DNA from: Octopus sinensis
Taxonomy: Eukaryota
Direction: 5' to 3'
DNA: 64,000 nucleotides
NCBI RefSeq assembly: GCF_006345805.1
Contig: NC_043026.1
Coordinates: 9,734,001 to 9,798,000 of the forward strand
Positions 51,332 through 64,000 of this stretch are shown here, piece after piece. Under the pieces are notes generated by a model. It was not told the origin of the DNA, did no database searches, and was given only the letters and a program-made list of their open reading frames with translations. Every line of letters starts with the position of its first letter. Positions within the stretch are counted from its first letter, which is position 1. The position numbers were made by a program, and so were the translations under genes.

Positions 51332-52660
51332 ATGGAGAGATGTGAGAAACTCAAAGGATTGATTTTACCTGAAGACACGGTAAAAGAAACAAGTAATTTG
51401 TCCTATGGCTGTGATATCTGTGAAAAGTCATTCTCTCTAAAAGGTAACTTGACTAAACACAAACGTATTCATACAGGAGAGAAGCCATATCATTGTGATA
51501 TCTGTGGTAAATCTTTCTCTGGAAGTACTGCCCTAACAATACACATACGTATTCATACAGGAGAGAAACCATATCGCTGTAATATCTGTGACAAATCATT
51601 TTCTCAAAATATTGACTTAAATAAGCACATTCGTATTCATACTGGGGAGAAGCCATATCATTGTGATATCTGTGGTAAATCTTTCTCTCAGAGTGCTGTC
51701 TTAACTACACACAAGCGTACTCATACAGGAGAAAAGCCATATCACTGTGATATCTGTGGTAAATCATTCTCTCGAAGTTATCACTTGACATCTCACAAAC
51801 GCATTCATTCGGGAGAAAAACCATATAGCTGTGATATCTGTGGTAAATCATATTCTGAAAGTAGTATCTTAACAAGACACATGCGTATTCATACAGGAGA
51901 GAAGGCATATCATTGTGATATCTGTGATAAATCATTCTCTGTTAGTAGTCACTTAACTAGACACAAACATATTCATACAGGAGAGAAGCCATTTCACTGT
52001 GATGTCTGTGACAAATCATTCTCTGCAAATAGTGACTTAACAAGACACAAACTTGTTCATACAGGAGAGAAACCATATCATTGTGATGTCTGTGGTAAAT
52101 CATTCTCTGTAAGTAGTTACTTGGCTGAGCACAAAAGTTTTCATACCGGGGAAAGGCAATATCTCTGTGATATCTGTGGTAAATCATTCTCCAAATTTGG
52201 TACATTAACTAGACACATTCGTAGTCATACAGGAGAGAAACCATTTCATTGTAATATTTGTGGTAAATCATTCTCTGGGAGTAGTGACTTTACTAAACAC
52301 AAACGTGTTCATTCAGGAGAGAAACCATTTCATTGTGATATCTGTGATAGATCATTCTCTCAAAGTTATAACTTAACTTGTCATAAACGTATTCACACAG
52401 GTGAAAAACCACATCATTGTGATATTTGTGGTAGATCGTTCTCTGCAAGTAGTAACTTAACTTCTCACAAACGTATTCATACAGGGGAAAAGCCATATGA
52501 GTGTGGCATCTGTGGTATATTATTCTCTCAAAGTAGTGATTTAACTAAACACCAACGTATTCATACAGGGGAGAAGCCATATCATTGTGATATCTGTGGG
52601 AAATCTTTCTCTGAAAATCGTAAGTTAAATAAACATATATCTACTCATGTACAAGGGTAA
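51332..52660 (+). CDS. Z9: C2H2 zinc-finger protein, 442 aa, 15 fingers
   Basis: ATG at 51332; candidate UTR introns 50961-51076 and 51192-51312. Confidence 0.93.
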   Translation: MERCEKLKGLILPEDTVKETSNLSYGCDICEKSFSLKGNLTKHKRIHTGEKPYHCDICGKSFSGSTALTIHIRIHTGEKPYRCNICDKSFSQNIDLNKHIRIHTGEKPYHCDICGKSFSQSAVLTTHKRTHTGEKPYHCDICGKSFSRSYHLTSHKRIHSGEKPYSCDICGKSYSESSILTRHMRIHTGEKAYHCDICDKSFSVSSHLTRHKHIHTGEKPFHCDVCDKSFSANSDLTRHKLVHTGEKPYHCDVCGKSFSVSSYLAEHKSFHTGERQYLCDICGKSFSKFGTLTRHIRSHTGEKPFHCNICGKSFSGSSDFTKHKRVHSGEKPFHCDICDRSFSQSYNLTCHKRIHTGEKPHHCDICGRSFSASSNLTSHKRIHTGEKPYECGICGILFSQSSDLTKHQRIHTGEKPYHCDICGKSFSENRKLNKHISTHVQG

Positions 52661-53624
52661 CTTGGTACATTTAGCCTTGCCAATAACAAATCCACTCAAT
52701 GTGTCTTCCAGTTTTTAAGCTGTTTGACATTTGCAGATGCCAACCCCTTTACTTACCTCTTACTGTATGCCAGAATATGGTTTACTCTCAAAGTTTTTTT
52801 TATGGAAAACAAAAATGAAAACATCTATAACCACAAATGTTTTTGCACAAGTAAGGAGTTGGATAACAGCCTCCCAACACTATATTTTATATCACTACAA
52901 TCATGTCTACATTGGTGAGATGACATACCCCTGTAATATTTTTAATAAAAGCAATTTCTTCTGGGTTTTGAATTTGTGTTACAAGAATTTTCATGTGAAA
53001 ATGTTTTGAAATCAATCTGTTGCCTTCTCAGTGTTAAATAAGAAAATATTTTCAGGGATCATAAGCATTGATAACTTCAGAAAAAGAATTAATTGACATC
53101 TAACAACTAGTGAATATGCTTATAGGCTTTGTTCATCATGACTTAAATATTTCTTGTGAGTATTTGTGGAAATGAGAAAAGATTTGTTTACTTTGTCGTT
53201 GGAGGTAAATAGTTGCAAAATGTATTCTTAGAGGTCAGTGATAATATCACTGTGCAGTTATTGTGTTAACTATAAATACAGAAATTATAAAAGGAAGTAT
53301 TACTTGCTTCCCTGATAAGATATGGCATCACCATCATTCAGTATCCCCACCAAAAAAGTTGTCCTAATTTTTTCATGAAGATAATCATAATGTCATCCCT
53401 CAAAAATTCATCTCTGCAAAGTTTAATTAACAAGAATATCTTTTTCGGAAAGTTATTAAGAATCAGTGTAATGTGGGGCACTAAACTGTAGTAATGCCTC
53501 ATGTCATTTCTATGCAGTCCCTTCTGTTTTGTACATGTTCCACAACTTTACTGCCTTCCTACATGTAGAAAAAAGCATAAATTATGTTATTCTTAAAATA
53601 TTTAATGAGTGAGACCGTTTTCAG

Positions 53625-53960
53625 CGCCGCCCCGACTGGCCTCGTGCCGGTGGCACGTAAAAAGCACCATCCGTTCGTGTCCGTTGCCAGCCTCGCCTGA
53701 CCCCCATGCCGGTGGCACATAAAAAGCACCATCCGTTCGTGGCCATTTGCCAGCTCTGTCTGGCACCTGTGCGGGTGGCACGTAAAAAGCACCCACTACA
53801 CTCTCGGAGTGGTTGGCGTTAGGAAGGGCATCCAGCCGTAGAAACACTGCCAGATTTGACTGGGCCTGATGAAGCCTTCTGGCTTCACAGACCCCAGTAG
53901 AACCGTCCAACCCATGCTAGCATGGAAAACGGACACTAAACAATGATGAAGATGATGATG
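53625..53960 (+). mobile_element. Family D RTE 3' tail
   Basis: ~60-bp units plus the terminal module and a gatga tail. Confidence 0.8.
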
Positions 53961-54400
53961 AAGCATTTAAAAGTTAATAAGGGACAAATATACAGTAATG
54001 TGGCAAAGTGATATTAGTCAGGGATCCATGTGTAGGGGTACATAAAGCAGTTTCTGTAGAGGTCCTTACATTAAGGGAAAGGAAAAGGGCATGCAAGTGG
54101 GGTGAGAGGAGCACAAAAATGTAAAAAAAAAAAAATTAAAAAAATTAACAATTGTAATTTTCACTGCACAAGAATAAGGAAAAAGAAAACAAAACAAACT
54201 ACGCAATTCTTTACTTGCCTTTGAGGTATGGGACTTTTATTCCAAAATTTCATCTACCAGGATTGGTAAACACAAATAAAATACAGGGCATCGTCATCAC
54301 ATTTCAATTCAAATGAATATCAGTTTGATACACACACACTCAAAGATGTTGCAATTAGCATTAAATAATTGATTTCATAAAAATTAAATGATAAACATGA

Positions 54401-55325
54401 GCATCCAGCTGTAGAAACACTGCCAGATCAGACTGGAGCCTGGTGCAGCCTTCTGGCTTCCCAGACCCCAGTCGAACCGTACAACCCATGCTAGCGCAGA
54501 AAACGGATGTTAAACGATGAAGGCGTTAGGAAGGGCATCCAGCTGTAGAAACACTGCCAGATCAGACTGGAGCCTGGTGCAGCCTTCTGGCTTCCCAGAC
54601 CCCGGTCGAACCGTCTAACCCGTGCTAGCGCAGAAAATGGATGTTAAACGATGAAGGCGTTAGGAAGGGCATCCAGCTGTAGAAACACTGCCAGATCAGA
54701 CTGGAGCCTGGTGCAGCCTCCTGGCTTCCCAGACCCCGGTCGAACCGTCCAACCGTGCTAGCGCGGAAAACGGACGTTAAACGATGAAGGCGTTAGGAAG
54801 GGCATCCAGCTGTAGAAACACTGCCAGATCAGACTGGAGCCTGGTGCAGCCTCCTGGCTTCCCAGACCCCGGTCGAACCGTCTAACCCGTGCTAGCGCAG
54901 AAAATGGATGTTAAACGATGAAGGCGTTAGGAAGGGCATCCAGCTGTAGAAACACTGCCAGATCAGACTGGAGCCTGGTGCAGCCTCCTGGCTTCCCAGA
55001 CCCCGGTCGAACCGTCCAACCCGTGCTAGCGCAGAAAACGGATGTTAAACGATGAAGGCGTTAGGAAGGGCATCCAGCTGTAGAAACACTGCCAGATCAG
55101 ACTGGAGCCTGGTGCAGCCTTCTGGCTTCCCAGACCCCAGTCGAACCGTCCAACCCGTGCTAGCGCAGAAAACGGATGTTAAACGATGAAGGCGTTAGGA
55201 AGGGCATCCAGCTGTAGAAACACTGCCAGATCAGACTGGAGCCTGGTGCAGCCTTCTGGCTTCCCAGACCCCGGTCGAACCGTCCAACCCATGCTAGCAC
55301 GGAAAACGGACGTTAAACGATGATG
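54401..55325 (+). repeat. Tandem array, 7 x 134 bp, of the family D RTE terminal module
   Basis: Unit starts at 54522, 54656, 54789, 54923, 55057, 55191; first unit 5'-truncated. Confidence 0.95.
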
Positions 55326-55554
55326 TTGCTTTAGTAGAAAGCATTTGCTCAAGGTGCTGTATCTTTGGACTGAACCTAAAATTACATCTGGGTAGCAAAC
55401 TTCAGAACAGACACGTCTCTCATATATTTTGTTAATGTTTTTTTCTTTCCTACACTTGTCTTTTCTTCGTTTAGTTTTGAATTGTAATAAAAACTGTAGA
55501 ACCTATGAAAACAGCCTGGTTTTTATCACAGCTCTCACAATGTAGTCACTGGAC

Positions 55555-58200
55555 CTACAAGAAATAACAGCCACATGTTTCAAATTTTACCTTTGCCTCT
55601 TAAAAACTGAGCATCAATTTTGAATCTGTAGCCCTAGACATACAATCTTACAAAGACAATGTTCATGAATGGAATGTTTTTAATACGTCTGCTCATTCAG
55701 AGTTGACTTGGAGCTGAGCAACAAATTCAAATTATATTTCTGGAGAGAGAAGAATGCTGCTGTCCATTATATTCTCTGGTTTAATACCAGGCAGAGTCAA
55801 AAGTCTTTTCAGATTTTCACTGATATTTTTGGCAACTTGTATCTCTATGTCATATTAATTTGATATAACTTGTCCAATCATTGCTGAATTGTTCATTGAT
55901 TTAGAACTTCAATAACGAGTGGTGAAAAAATTGCAATTAGAACCATTTTACAGTACCTACAGAAAAAGGAGTGAGTGTAAGGGGCAGCAGTAAAAGAAAT
56001 TCACGATGTGGACGGCCCAGGAACTGTCAATGAACATGTGGCACAAAACTGGCACAGGTGTTTCAAGAAAGGTGACACCAGCCTCAAATACAAACTAAGG
56101 TCAAGGAGATCTGTTGTGGAAGATGAGACCTTGCTTGAAATGGTTCAACATTGAAGCACAAGCAACCAATATGTATTGTTAGCAGAAGTTAATTCTTCAC
56201 AAAGAACTATTAGCTGACACCCCCATAAGTTCAGCCTTGTGAACAGAGGCTCTCAAGAAGTTCCTTATGAACTGACCAATGACCAGGCTCAACCTGTGAA
56301 CATTTGCTAACGAACTACTGGTAAATTCTTGAGATGCTTGTTTTTGGAATTAAATTGTAACTGGGGATGGAAAATGAATCTATTTTCATACTCCTAATAC
56401 AAGAAATGAGTCACTTCATTCCAGCCAGGCTTCAGAACCTGTTGTCAAATAAGAGTGGTTTGAACAGGTTGAGGGGGATGTTGCACTTTGAGCTTGTCCC
56501 AGATGGCCCTGCTGTGTACACTAACCTTTATGCTCAACTGCAGTATAAGATGCTTTGAAAGCCTGCTGCTTGGCATTGGTCAATTGAAGACCTGCACTCC
56601 TACATGACAACCCCTAACATACAAGTTAGGTGCAAATTTGAGGGGCTGGAAGCCCAGCTCTTGCATCATCAGATTACATGCCAAGTGTGGAGCTGAGTTT
56701 CTGGTACAACAGACAATAGAACATGGGATATATTTTGATAAATGTTTTTTGCATGAACTTTGTTAGAACTACTAATCATAACTTGAAATACAAAAAAACT
56801 TTCCACTCATCCTGGCATATATAATGTTACACAATATGGAAGTGTAGCTGTAGTTAACAAATATGTATGATTCACACAAGTTTCTGTGATCTGAACTTTG
56901 ATAAATGAAAAAGTTCAGTAGTTCAGGTAAATGCTTTTTTTTCTTTAGAAATGTAATAGATCTTCCTTCGTTATTTCAGAATATCAGATGACATTGGCAT
57001 AACTGAAAATATGTCCTCAATATTTTGTTTTATAAAAACTAAAAGAAAATATTATACAGAACAGACATATAACACTGTTTCTATAAATCTATGGTAGAAT
57101 TCCTGTCTTTAAGAGGAGCTTCTGTATGGATTGAACAAATTTGTTAAAGTGTTGTTAAACAGAAATACTCAGTAGAAATATTTGTAAGGAATAAACTATA
57201 ACAAAAAGTACCTGTATATGCCAGCTAGTGGCAGAGTTGAGAGGGCATACATCAAATATATCACTGTTGACTGGTGATACAGTATGGACAGATTTTTGAA
57301 ATCCAATGATACCCTATTTGGTTGTGAAATTTTACAAATACACTTTCTCAGGTAGATATGATATACCTATTATTATGGATAATACTACATGTACTCTTCA
57401 TAGTATGATGTAACTCTTTGGAATAACCGGCTGAAGAGAGCTTTAAACCATCTTTTATATCTATTATACACTGATGTAAGAACAGGTCATTTATAACGCT
57501 TGAAACATGTGTACTGCGACATCCTTTGTGTTGTTTTTGATTTTATTTTATATATATGTGTGTGATTTGAAAAGAAAAATTGTGGAAAGAAGTAAGAAAC
57601 TTTAAAGAATTGAGTTTTCCTTAAGACATGATAAAAGAGATAAGAAAATTGCCATATGACCATCAAATCTGGAAAAAGTCATCTTCTCAAAATATTGTCT
57701 TAAATAGACATGGATGAATTTATATGGCAGTATGTCTTTATCAATGGGAAAATTCATAACATACATTTTAAACTCCACCTAAATTTGGGTGTTAGGCGAG
57801 TGGACTTGGAGGCCATGGCAATAACTAAGCCAATCATTGTGGCTCCCTTTTTTAGGTTGTCAATCACAGCAGGCTGCCCTTTCTTGATGCCATACCAGTT
57901 AGTAACCGCTTACAGGTTGCAGAGATACAGCCTAGTTATAATTCTTTCTATTAAAAATCAATAATAAATGTATTCACAAGGGAAAGAAGAAATATTTGTA
58001 ACAACAGCCTCCCAAAACTATAGTTTATATCACACCAAAAACATCTGCATTGGTGAGATAAAACACCTTTGTCACATTTAATAAAAGCAATTTGTTCCAG
58101 ATTTTGAAATGTGCAAGAGTTTTGATCTGAGACTGATGTTATATTGGAAAGGAATTATAATTGATAAAGCCTATAAACACAGATTCAATCTTGGACAAGT
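55555..58200 (+). pseudogene. Z10: finger-less paralogue of Z9
   Basis: Donor 56927, acceptor tttcAG|aatatcagatgac 56978-79, leader with GTG at 57582 and TAA, one decayed finger start, last-finger remnant, and a 3' module matching 52860-53000. Confidence 0.75.
55785..56816 (+). mobile_element. Decayed mariner element
   Basis: EIHDVDGPGTVNEHVAQNWHRCFKKGDTSL, VPYEL, IVTGDGK, LHDNP; imperfect TIRs ccaggcagagtcaaaagt / actttccactcatcctgg. Confidence 0.75.
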
Positions 58201-58454
58201 GTGTTAACTTTTTCCTCCCCAAGCAGCTGATGTTGACTGAACAACTCAATGCTAAGATTCACTATGAGTACCATTATTTTTTGTTAATTTAATAACTCTT
58301 CCCTCACAGAGTAATAATACAGTAAGGGCTCAGGAACAGATAGTGAAAGACACTAGGCAAACTAGGGCATTGCAGGCTAAACCCAGCCGTCACCTTGCTA
58401 CTTTAAGAATATTCAGACATTTAAATATTGATTGCTTGAATATTACATTACAAT

Positions 58455-58860
58455 TCTTCTGGCCTGAAAGAAGAACAGTCTTTGTAGCATAGGAGCTGCA
58501 TCTATATAACATGGCTGTAATGGTGTTGTTTAAAACAAGAATCTCTGAAGAGGGGTCACATTACAGAACAATGTGGTGGTTAAACTTTTCAAAGGAACAA
58601 CAATTGAAGGGTACAAGAGGAAAGCTGGTGTAGCATTTGCAGTAAAGAATTTCATAGGTTCTAAGAGCTGCCATTGTTAAACAAAGTGAGTGTCGACTCT
58701 CCAACCAAGTGTTCCTCAAGATGAAAATCTAGCATTTTTATATTTCATTAAAGTTTGTTTGCAAAATTCCTTGCACTGATAACATTGTTATACTTGCAGT
58801 CTTCAGTGCCCGAGTTGGCAAGGATTACCAAACCTAGACATACTGTTGCAAATATACTGG
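58455..58860 (+). mobile_element. Old RTE-LINE endonuclease relic
   Basis: PERRTVFVA.EL..YNMAV, AGVAFAVK and ILAVFSARVGKD (GDFNARVG-like) in broken frames. Confidence 0.55.
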
Positions 58861-60260
58861 GAGCTGGAGTTGTGTATGGCAAACACCATGTACCAGAAAG
58901 CAGATAAACAGAACAGAACCTAGAAGTGTTAAGGCTTGAGGCAGTGGCATAGAATTGAATTTGTTTATATTTGTTAGGTGTGAAGTTGATGATGTGCGTA
59001 GTGTCCACATTATGTGGGGAGCTCAATACTGGACTGACCATCATCTCGTTCATACAAATGTAATGTAAGTTTGTTATAAAACTGAAAATAAGATTCATTG
59101 GTTTGACCATTCCAAAGAAGTTGTGACTTGTCTGAAAGATGATGCTATTAAAGAAGAGTTCAGTGAAGAGAATGGATATTGTTGAATTCAAAGACTTGTG
59201 CAAAGAGTTCAAAATACTGGTGATTGGTATTTGAAAAGATGTTCTGCAATAGGTACAGGGGAGGCTGTGGTTTGCTCCCAACTGAAGGTTCCAGGTTCAG
59301 TCCCACTGCATGGCACTCTAGGTGTCTTCTACTAATACCTTGGGCTGCCAGGCTTTTTGATAGATGGAAACTGAAAGAAGCTCATCTTATTTATATGTAT
59401 GGACTCTATTGTTGCTTTAACCAACAAGGATTCAACAAAACACAGAAAACCATCGTCCTTTGGCCATCTATTTGCAGAGTCAAAGCTAAAGATGTCCAGC
59501 AACACCCTCTCCTTGTCTTTGTGGCTGCTTTCCCTATCACCAGGGGATTTTGAAGAAAGTGTGATAGTGTTGCTACCTTGGTTTGTTGAACAACTTGCAC
59601 GACAAATATTATAATGGTGGGCATGGTTTGTGTACAGCCAGTCCTTCTCCCTGGTTCATCAAACTTGTATTAGCTTGGTGCAACAACCACCACAAGCCCA
59701 GTGGTTTTCAGGATTCTAAGGAGTTGAAGGGTCTCTTCTCTATTGGTGCGTCTCTCAGTGACCTTCTTTCCAAAGCAATTCCATGATATGCTAGTTAACC
59801 CATAGCTGGGACCCTTACAGGTGCTACTACTCCGGGTCAGAGTAGACCTGGGAACAATACTGGCTAAGAGGTGGTTCCACACTCCTCAAAACCCTGAACC
59901 AGGGCCCCAGTACCGGATGCAGTTTACAGTCATACCCAGGACTAATAACTGTCCCCTACATAGCAACTGCTGCAGATAATTCAACATTCTTTTCAAGTGC
60001 ACCTTCTTTAGCATACAACAAAACTCTATTAGTGAGGGCAAGGTCAATTTGAAGTGCTGATACTTAGCCCAGCCGAGTTTCTTTAAATCTGATAAACACA
60101 ATAAATCTATCTCACTAGTTAACCACATACAGAACCTTAAGAAAAACAACGTACCATATAATATCATTTGGTCTATCATAGTTATTGGTGTTCCATGCCA
60201 GGACAAAAATGACCCATGGTGGTTATGTTTAACAAAATATTAACAAATTCTGTTACTTAA

Positions 60261-60673
60261 CCCTTTAGTGTTCGCATTATTCTGCCAAAATTAATCCTTT
60301 TTTCATCCACACTGTTTTGAACTAATCATGCATTATCTTGTAGCTATGAGATTTTGATGAGGTAGCTGTTGATTTTTAAAACGATATTGTAGGGTTGGTG
60401 TGAGAGACCAGATCTGGCCAATTTGAACATAAAACAGGCAGAATACTTTTGGCCGGTTTAACCCTTTAGTGTTTGCATTATTCTGCCAAAATTAATCCTT
60501 TTTTCATCCACATTGCTTTGAACTAATCAGGTATTATCTTGTAGCTATGAGATTTTGATGAGGTAGCTGTTGATTTTTAAAACGATATTGTAGGGTTGGT
60601 GTGAGAGACCAGATCTGGCCAATTTGAACATAAAACAGGTAGAATACTTTTGGCCGGTTTAAATGCTAAAGGG
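60261..60673. mobile_element. piggyBac-like MITE, tandem dimer (201-bp period)
   Basis: TTAA|CCCTTTAG...CTAAAGGG|TTAA; the second unit starts after the internal TTAA at 60458-61. Confidence 0.85.
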
Positions 60674-60878
60674 TTAAGTCACTACTATTATTAAATAAAC
60701 ACAACGAAGCATTTACCATCTGTGTCCACAGATTCTTCAAGATGTTCCAGTTTTATCACAAATCTAAATGTAGTGCTCTGAATCTCTCAACATGTCTCAC
60801 CTGCATAAAGTAGATGTACCTGTTATACTTTATTAAACTCCACCTTATTTGTCACCTCTACTGATGAGTATTTTTCTA

Positions 60879-61270
60879 GGGGGAGGGAAGCACTCTGTCG
60901 GTTACGACGACGAGGGTTCCGGTTGATCCGAATCAACGGAACAGCCTGCTCGTGAAATTAACGTGTAAGTGGCTGAGCACTCCACAGACACGTGTACCCT
61001 TAACGTAGTTCTCGGGGATATTCAGCGTGACACAGAGATTGACAAGGCTGGCCCCTTTGAAATACAGGTACAACAGAAACAGGAAGTAAGAGTGAGAGAA
61101 AGTTGTGGTGAAAGAGTACAGCAGGGTTCACCACCATCCCTTGCCGGAGCCTCGTGGAGCTTTAGGTGTTTTCGCTCAATAAACACTCACAACGCGCAGT
61201 CTGGGAATCGAAACCGCGATCCTATGACCGCGAGTCCACTGCCCTAACCACTGGGCCATTGCGCCTCACT
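60879..61270 (-). mobile_element. Family C SINE, full head
   Basis: TSD gtatttttcta at 60868-78 and 61271-81. Confidence 0.88.
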
Positions 61271-61549
61271 GTATTTTTCTATATACTTATCAAACATCTT
61301 TATTCACTTCCTTTTTTCACTTACATTTACCACTTTTTGAACACTATACTATTCCATATTCTATAATTTTCGATTTCATTATTTTAATTGGAATTACATT
61401 ACAACAGTTTGACTAAACGTTCTTCTCTAGTGATCACATAGCATATTTTAGCATCCACTTTGGATATTCTCTGCTAATGTACAAGGTTTAAGGTCTTTGT
61501 GTTTTTACTCATTTGCTACTCCTAACCTTATGCATACCCTTCACTAATC

Positions 61550-61937
61550 TCTCTTTTACTTGTTTCAGTCATTTGACTGCGGCCATGATGGAGCACCGCC
61601 TTTAGTCGAGCAAATCGACCCCGGGACTTATTCTTTGTAAGCCCAGTACTTATTCTATCGGTCTCTTTTGCCGAACTGCTAAGTAACGGGGACGTAAACA
61701 CACCAGTATCGGTTGTCAAGCAATGCTAGGGGGACAAATACAGACACACAAACACATACATACATACATACATATACGACAGGCTTCTTTCAGTTTCCGT
61801 CTACCAAATCCACTCACAAGGCATTGGTCGGCCCAGGGCTATAGCAGAAGACACTTGCCCAAGATGCCACGCAGTGGGACTGAACCCGCAACCATGTGGT
61901 TGGTTAGCAAGCCATTTACCACACAGCCATCCTGCGC
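61550..61937 (-). mobile_element. Family A SINE
   Basis: Reverse complement of the family A consensus. Confidence 0.85.
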
Positions 61938-62063
61938 GTAAACTAACAAATTTAAACCTTTATTCCGCACTGTTACTTATAAAAATAACTTCTTTTCTTT
62001 GATAACTATCAACACACACATCTTAAGCTCACCCATTGCCATCTGAATTCTATTGTAGTCAAA

Positions 62064-62461
62064 TCTTTATATATAAAAGAAAGGTTGTGTGTCTGTCTGT
62101 CTCCTACGATTTAGATTCCTAACTCCTCCCACATTTTGCGGTGCAGTTTAACCAAAACTGGGTATCTTATAGTCGTGATTCATATCGAGCCCTTCTGGGT
62201 ATTAGCGCGCATCTACGAGGAGTCTACGATAAAAAAAAAAATTTACCATCAATTTTTCCCATTTTTAATGCATTTTTGGCATATATAAGGGAAGTAACTC
62301 TCTAAAAATTTATTATTAAATCTCAGAAGTAAAAAGCTACAGTAGCACCCGCTCCCTTTGTGGTTAGCCATATTGAGATGGCTTTTATACTTTACATCTC
62401 TAAAAATGCTTATATAGTTATTTCCCTTACAAACCCGAGAAACGCCGGGCGATACTGCTAG
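62064..62461 (+). mobile_element. Non-autonomous Helitron
   Basis: A|TCtttatatataaaag, (GTCT)n, hairpin cccgagaaacgccggg, CTAG|T. Confidence 0.85.
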
Positions 62462-62757
62462 TGATTAATGACCATATATCTGCATAACTCCTCAACCTTC
62501 TCTACTTAACCTTCCTGTCACACCTATATCATGCAAACCAATATACCAGACTGTAGTAGACAATACATATACTAGAAGGAGATGTTTCTTTTGTGATTTC
62601 TGTAATTCTTGCTAACACAACAACTGTGTTTGGTGGAGGAAGAGAATATTCAACATTTTACGAATTTGCCACATAAGCCATTCCAGGTTTTCCAAAGAAT
62701 ATTGTTGCGTTAACATAATTTTTGTGAATTTGTGATTTATTTACAAATTTCACGACG

Positions 62758-62903
62758 TATTAGTTGGCGTTAGGAAGGGCATCCAGCTGTAGAAACACTG
62801 CCAGATCTGACTGGCCTGGTGCAGCCTTCGGGCTCGCCAGACCCCAGTTGAACCGTCCAACCCATGCTAGCATGGAAAGCGGACGTTAAACGATGATGAT
62901 GAT
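62758..62903 (+). mobile_element. Solo family D terminal module
   Basis: ttggcgttaggaagggcatcc...aaacgatgatgatgat. Confidence 0.85.
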
Positions 62904-63593
62904 TTAAGTGAACTACTATTCTCAAACAAGTGTTGATATATTAAACAAGAAGACAGTTGGAATCTTTTTTATTACATCTTTTTAATTTATAACCAGTTTA
63001 TATATATATAATAATGAGATAGGTTTTAAATATGAATATATTGACAGGAAATTGTATATTTTTTGTAGAACCAATTTAACTTCACAACAAATCAAATCAA
63101 AAATGAAACAAAAAACAAGATAAAAAAACTCATTACATACCAAACAAACTTAATTACCAGGCGGCTAATTGTCTCTACAATGCTTGAAATCATCTGATCC
63201 CATCCCTTGCTCGTTAATTAAATTTCAGTGTAAAACTGTGTGAATAAGGATATATATATAGTAAAGTAAATAAGAGGGCTAGCAGCAGGCTGTTTCGCCT
63301 CATACCGAAGGAATTAGAAATGGCAGTCAAAGACTGTTTTTTCCATTTTCTGTAAGTGGAGATTCCAAAAAGTGGAATCTCCACTTACAGAAAATGTAAG
63401 ACTGCCATTTCTAATTCCTTCGGTATGAGGCGAAACAGCCTGCTGCTAGCCCTCTTATTTACTTTACTATATACTGAACCTTACAAAGTTCCTGACGATA
63501 AATTTGTCATATTTACATACCGAAATTTACCGGTAAATAATTGTTGGTTACATGAAAAACCACAGAAAAATTATTTACCATTTTTATTGCATT

Positions 63594-63599
63594 ATATAT

Positions 63600-63657
<58 letters not shown>

Positions 63658-63672
63658 GTATATATATATATA
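63594..63672. repeat. (TA)n microsatellite
   Basis: Direct reading. Confidence 0.95.
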
Positions 63673-63879
63673 TCTTGCACGGATGAAGACAAGGTTTCAA
63701 ATATACATTTAGGAAATGTTGAACAGATGTAAAAGACAGCTACAATGACTAGCTTAGTTCTTAGTAAGGCTAAAACCAACAAAGCTATCACAACTTAAAA
63801 TGTTTGCTGTTATTGTTATGAATTTTCATATTGATACAATTAGACTTCAATATGAACAGATACAGGTTTAGTTTTCTTA

Positions 63880-64000
63880 TAAACTTCAGAGAATGATTTA
63901 TCACAGATGTCACATTGATATGACTTGTCTCATGTATGGATACATGCGTTTAATTGAGTCACAAATTTGAGAGAATGGTTCATCACATACATCAGAGATA
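63880..64000 (-). pseudogene. Decayed zinc-finger units; 3' tail of a further minus-strand ZNF locus beyond the window
   Basis: Minus strand reads [14 protein letters not shown] and DVCDEPFSQ with a stop and a frameshift. Confidence 0.7.

Noticed and set aside
54401-55325. CRISPR-like reading of the 134-bp array or the 84-bp finger periodicity
   Set aside because: No unique spacers and no cas genes; eukaryotic context. The units are a retroposon tail and coding repeats.
58748-59281. 177-aa minus-strand ORF
   Set aside because: No recognisable motif; the opposite strand carries decayed RTE endonuclease motifs, so it is probably a chance antisense frame.

Overview
AT-rich eukaryotic genomic DNA, most likely a cephalopod (Octopus-type). 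That assignment is inferred from the C2H2 finger style and SINE families, not proven. The window is a tandem cluster of C2H2 zinc-finger genes. It holds nine finger arrays, labelled Z1-Z9 left to right (Z1 +, Z2-Z8 -, Z9 +; 8-15 fingers translated each), one finger-less relic cassette (Z10) and the decayed 3' tail of another gene at the right edge. Each gene is one coding exon: a 23-24 aa leader plus [10 protein letters not shown]...HTGEKP fingers, with no KRAB/SCAN/ZAD/BTB domain. Six genes share a promoter-like module (GGAA/ETS-like + GCGCATGCG NRF1-like site, with a GT(A/G)AGT donor 138-148 bp downstream). Z4, Z6 and Z10 lack this module but keep their splice acceptor and sit downstream of a promoter-bearing gene on the same strand, which suggests alternative terminal-exon choice or promoterless decay. 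The genes are interleaved with tRNA-derived SINEs, RTE and CR1/L2-group LINE 3' ends, three mariner relics, Merlin-like/hAT/piggyBac MITEs, two non-autonomous Helitrons, a Gypsy relic, a 7x134-bp array of an RTE tail and one tRNA-Phe(GAA). Repeat boundaries were read by eye and are approximate unless a TSD is quoted.
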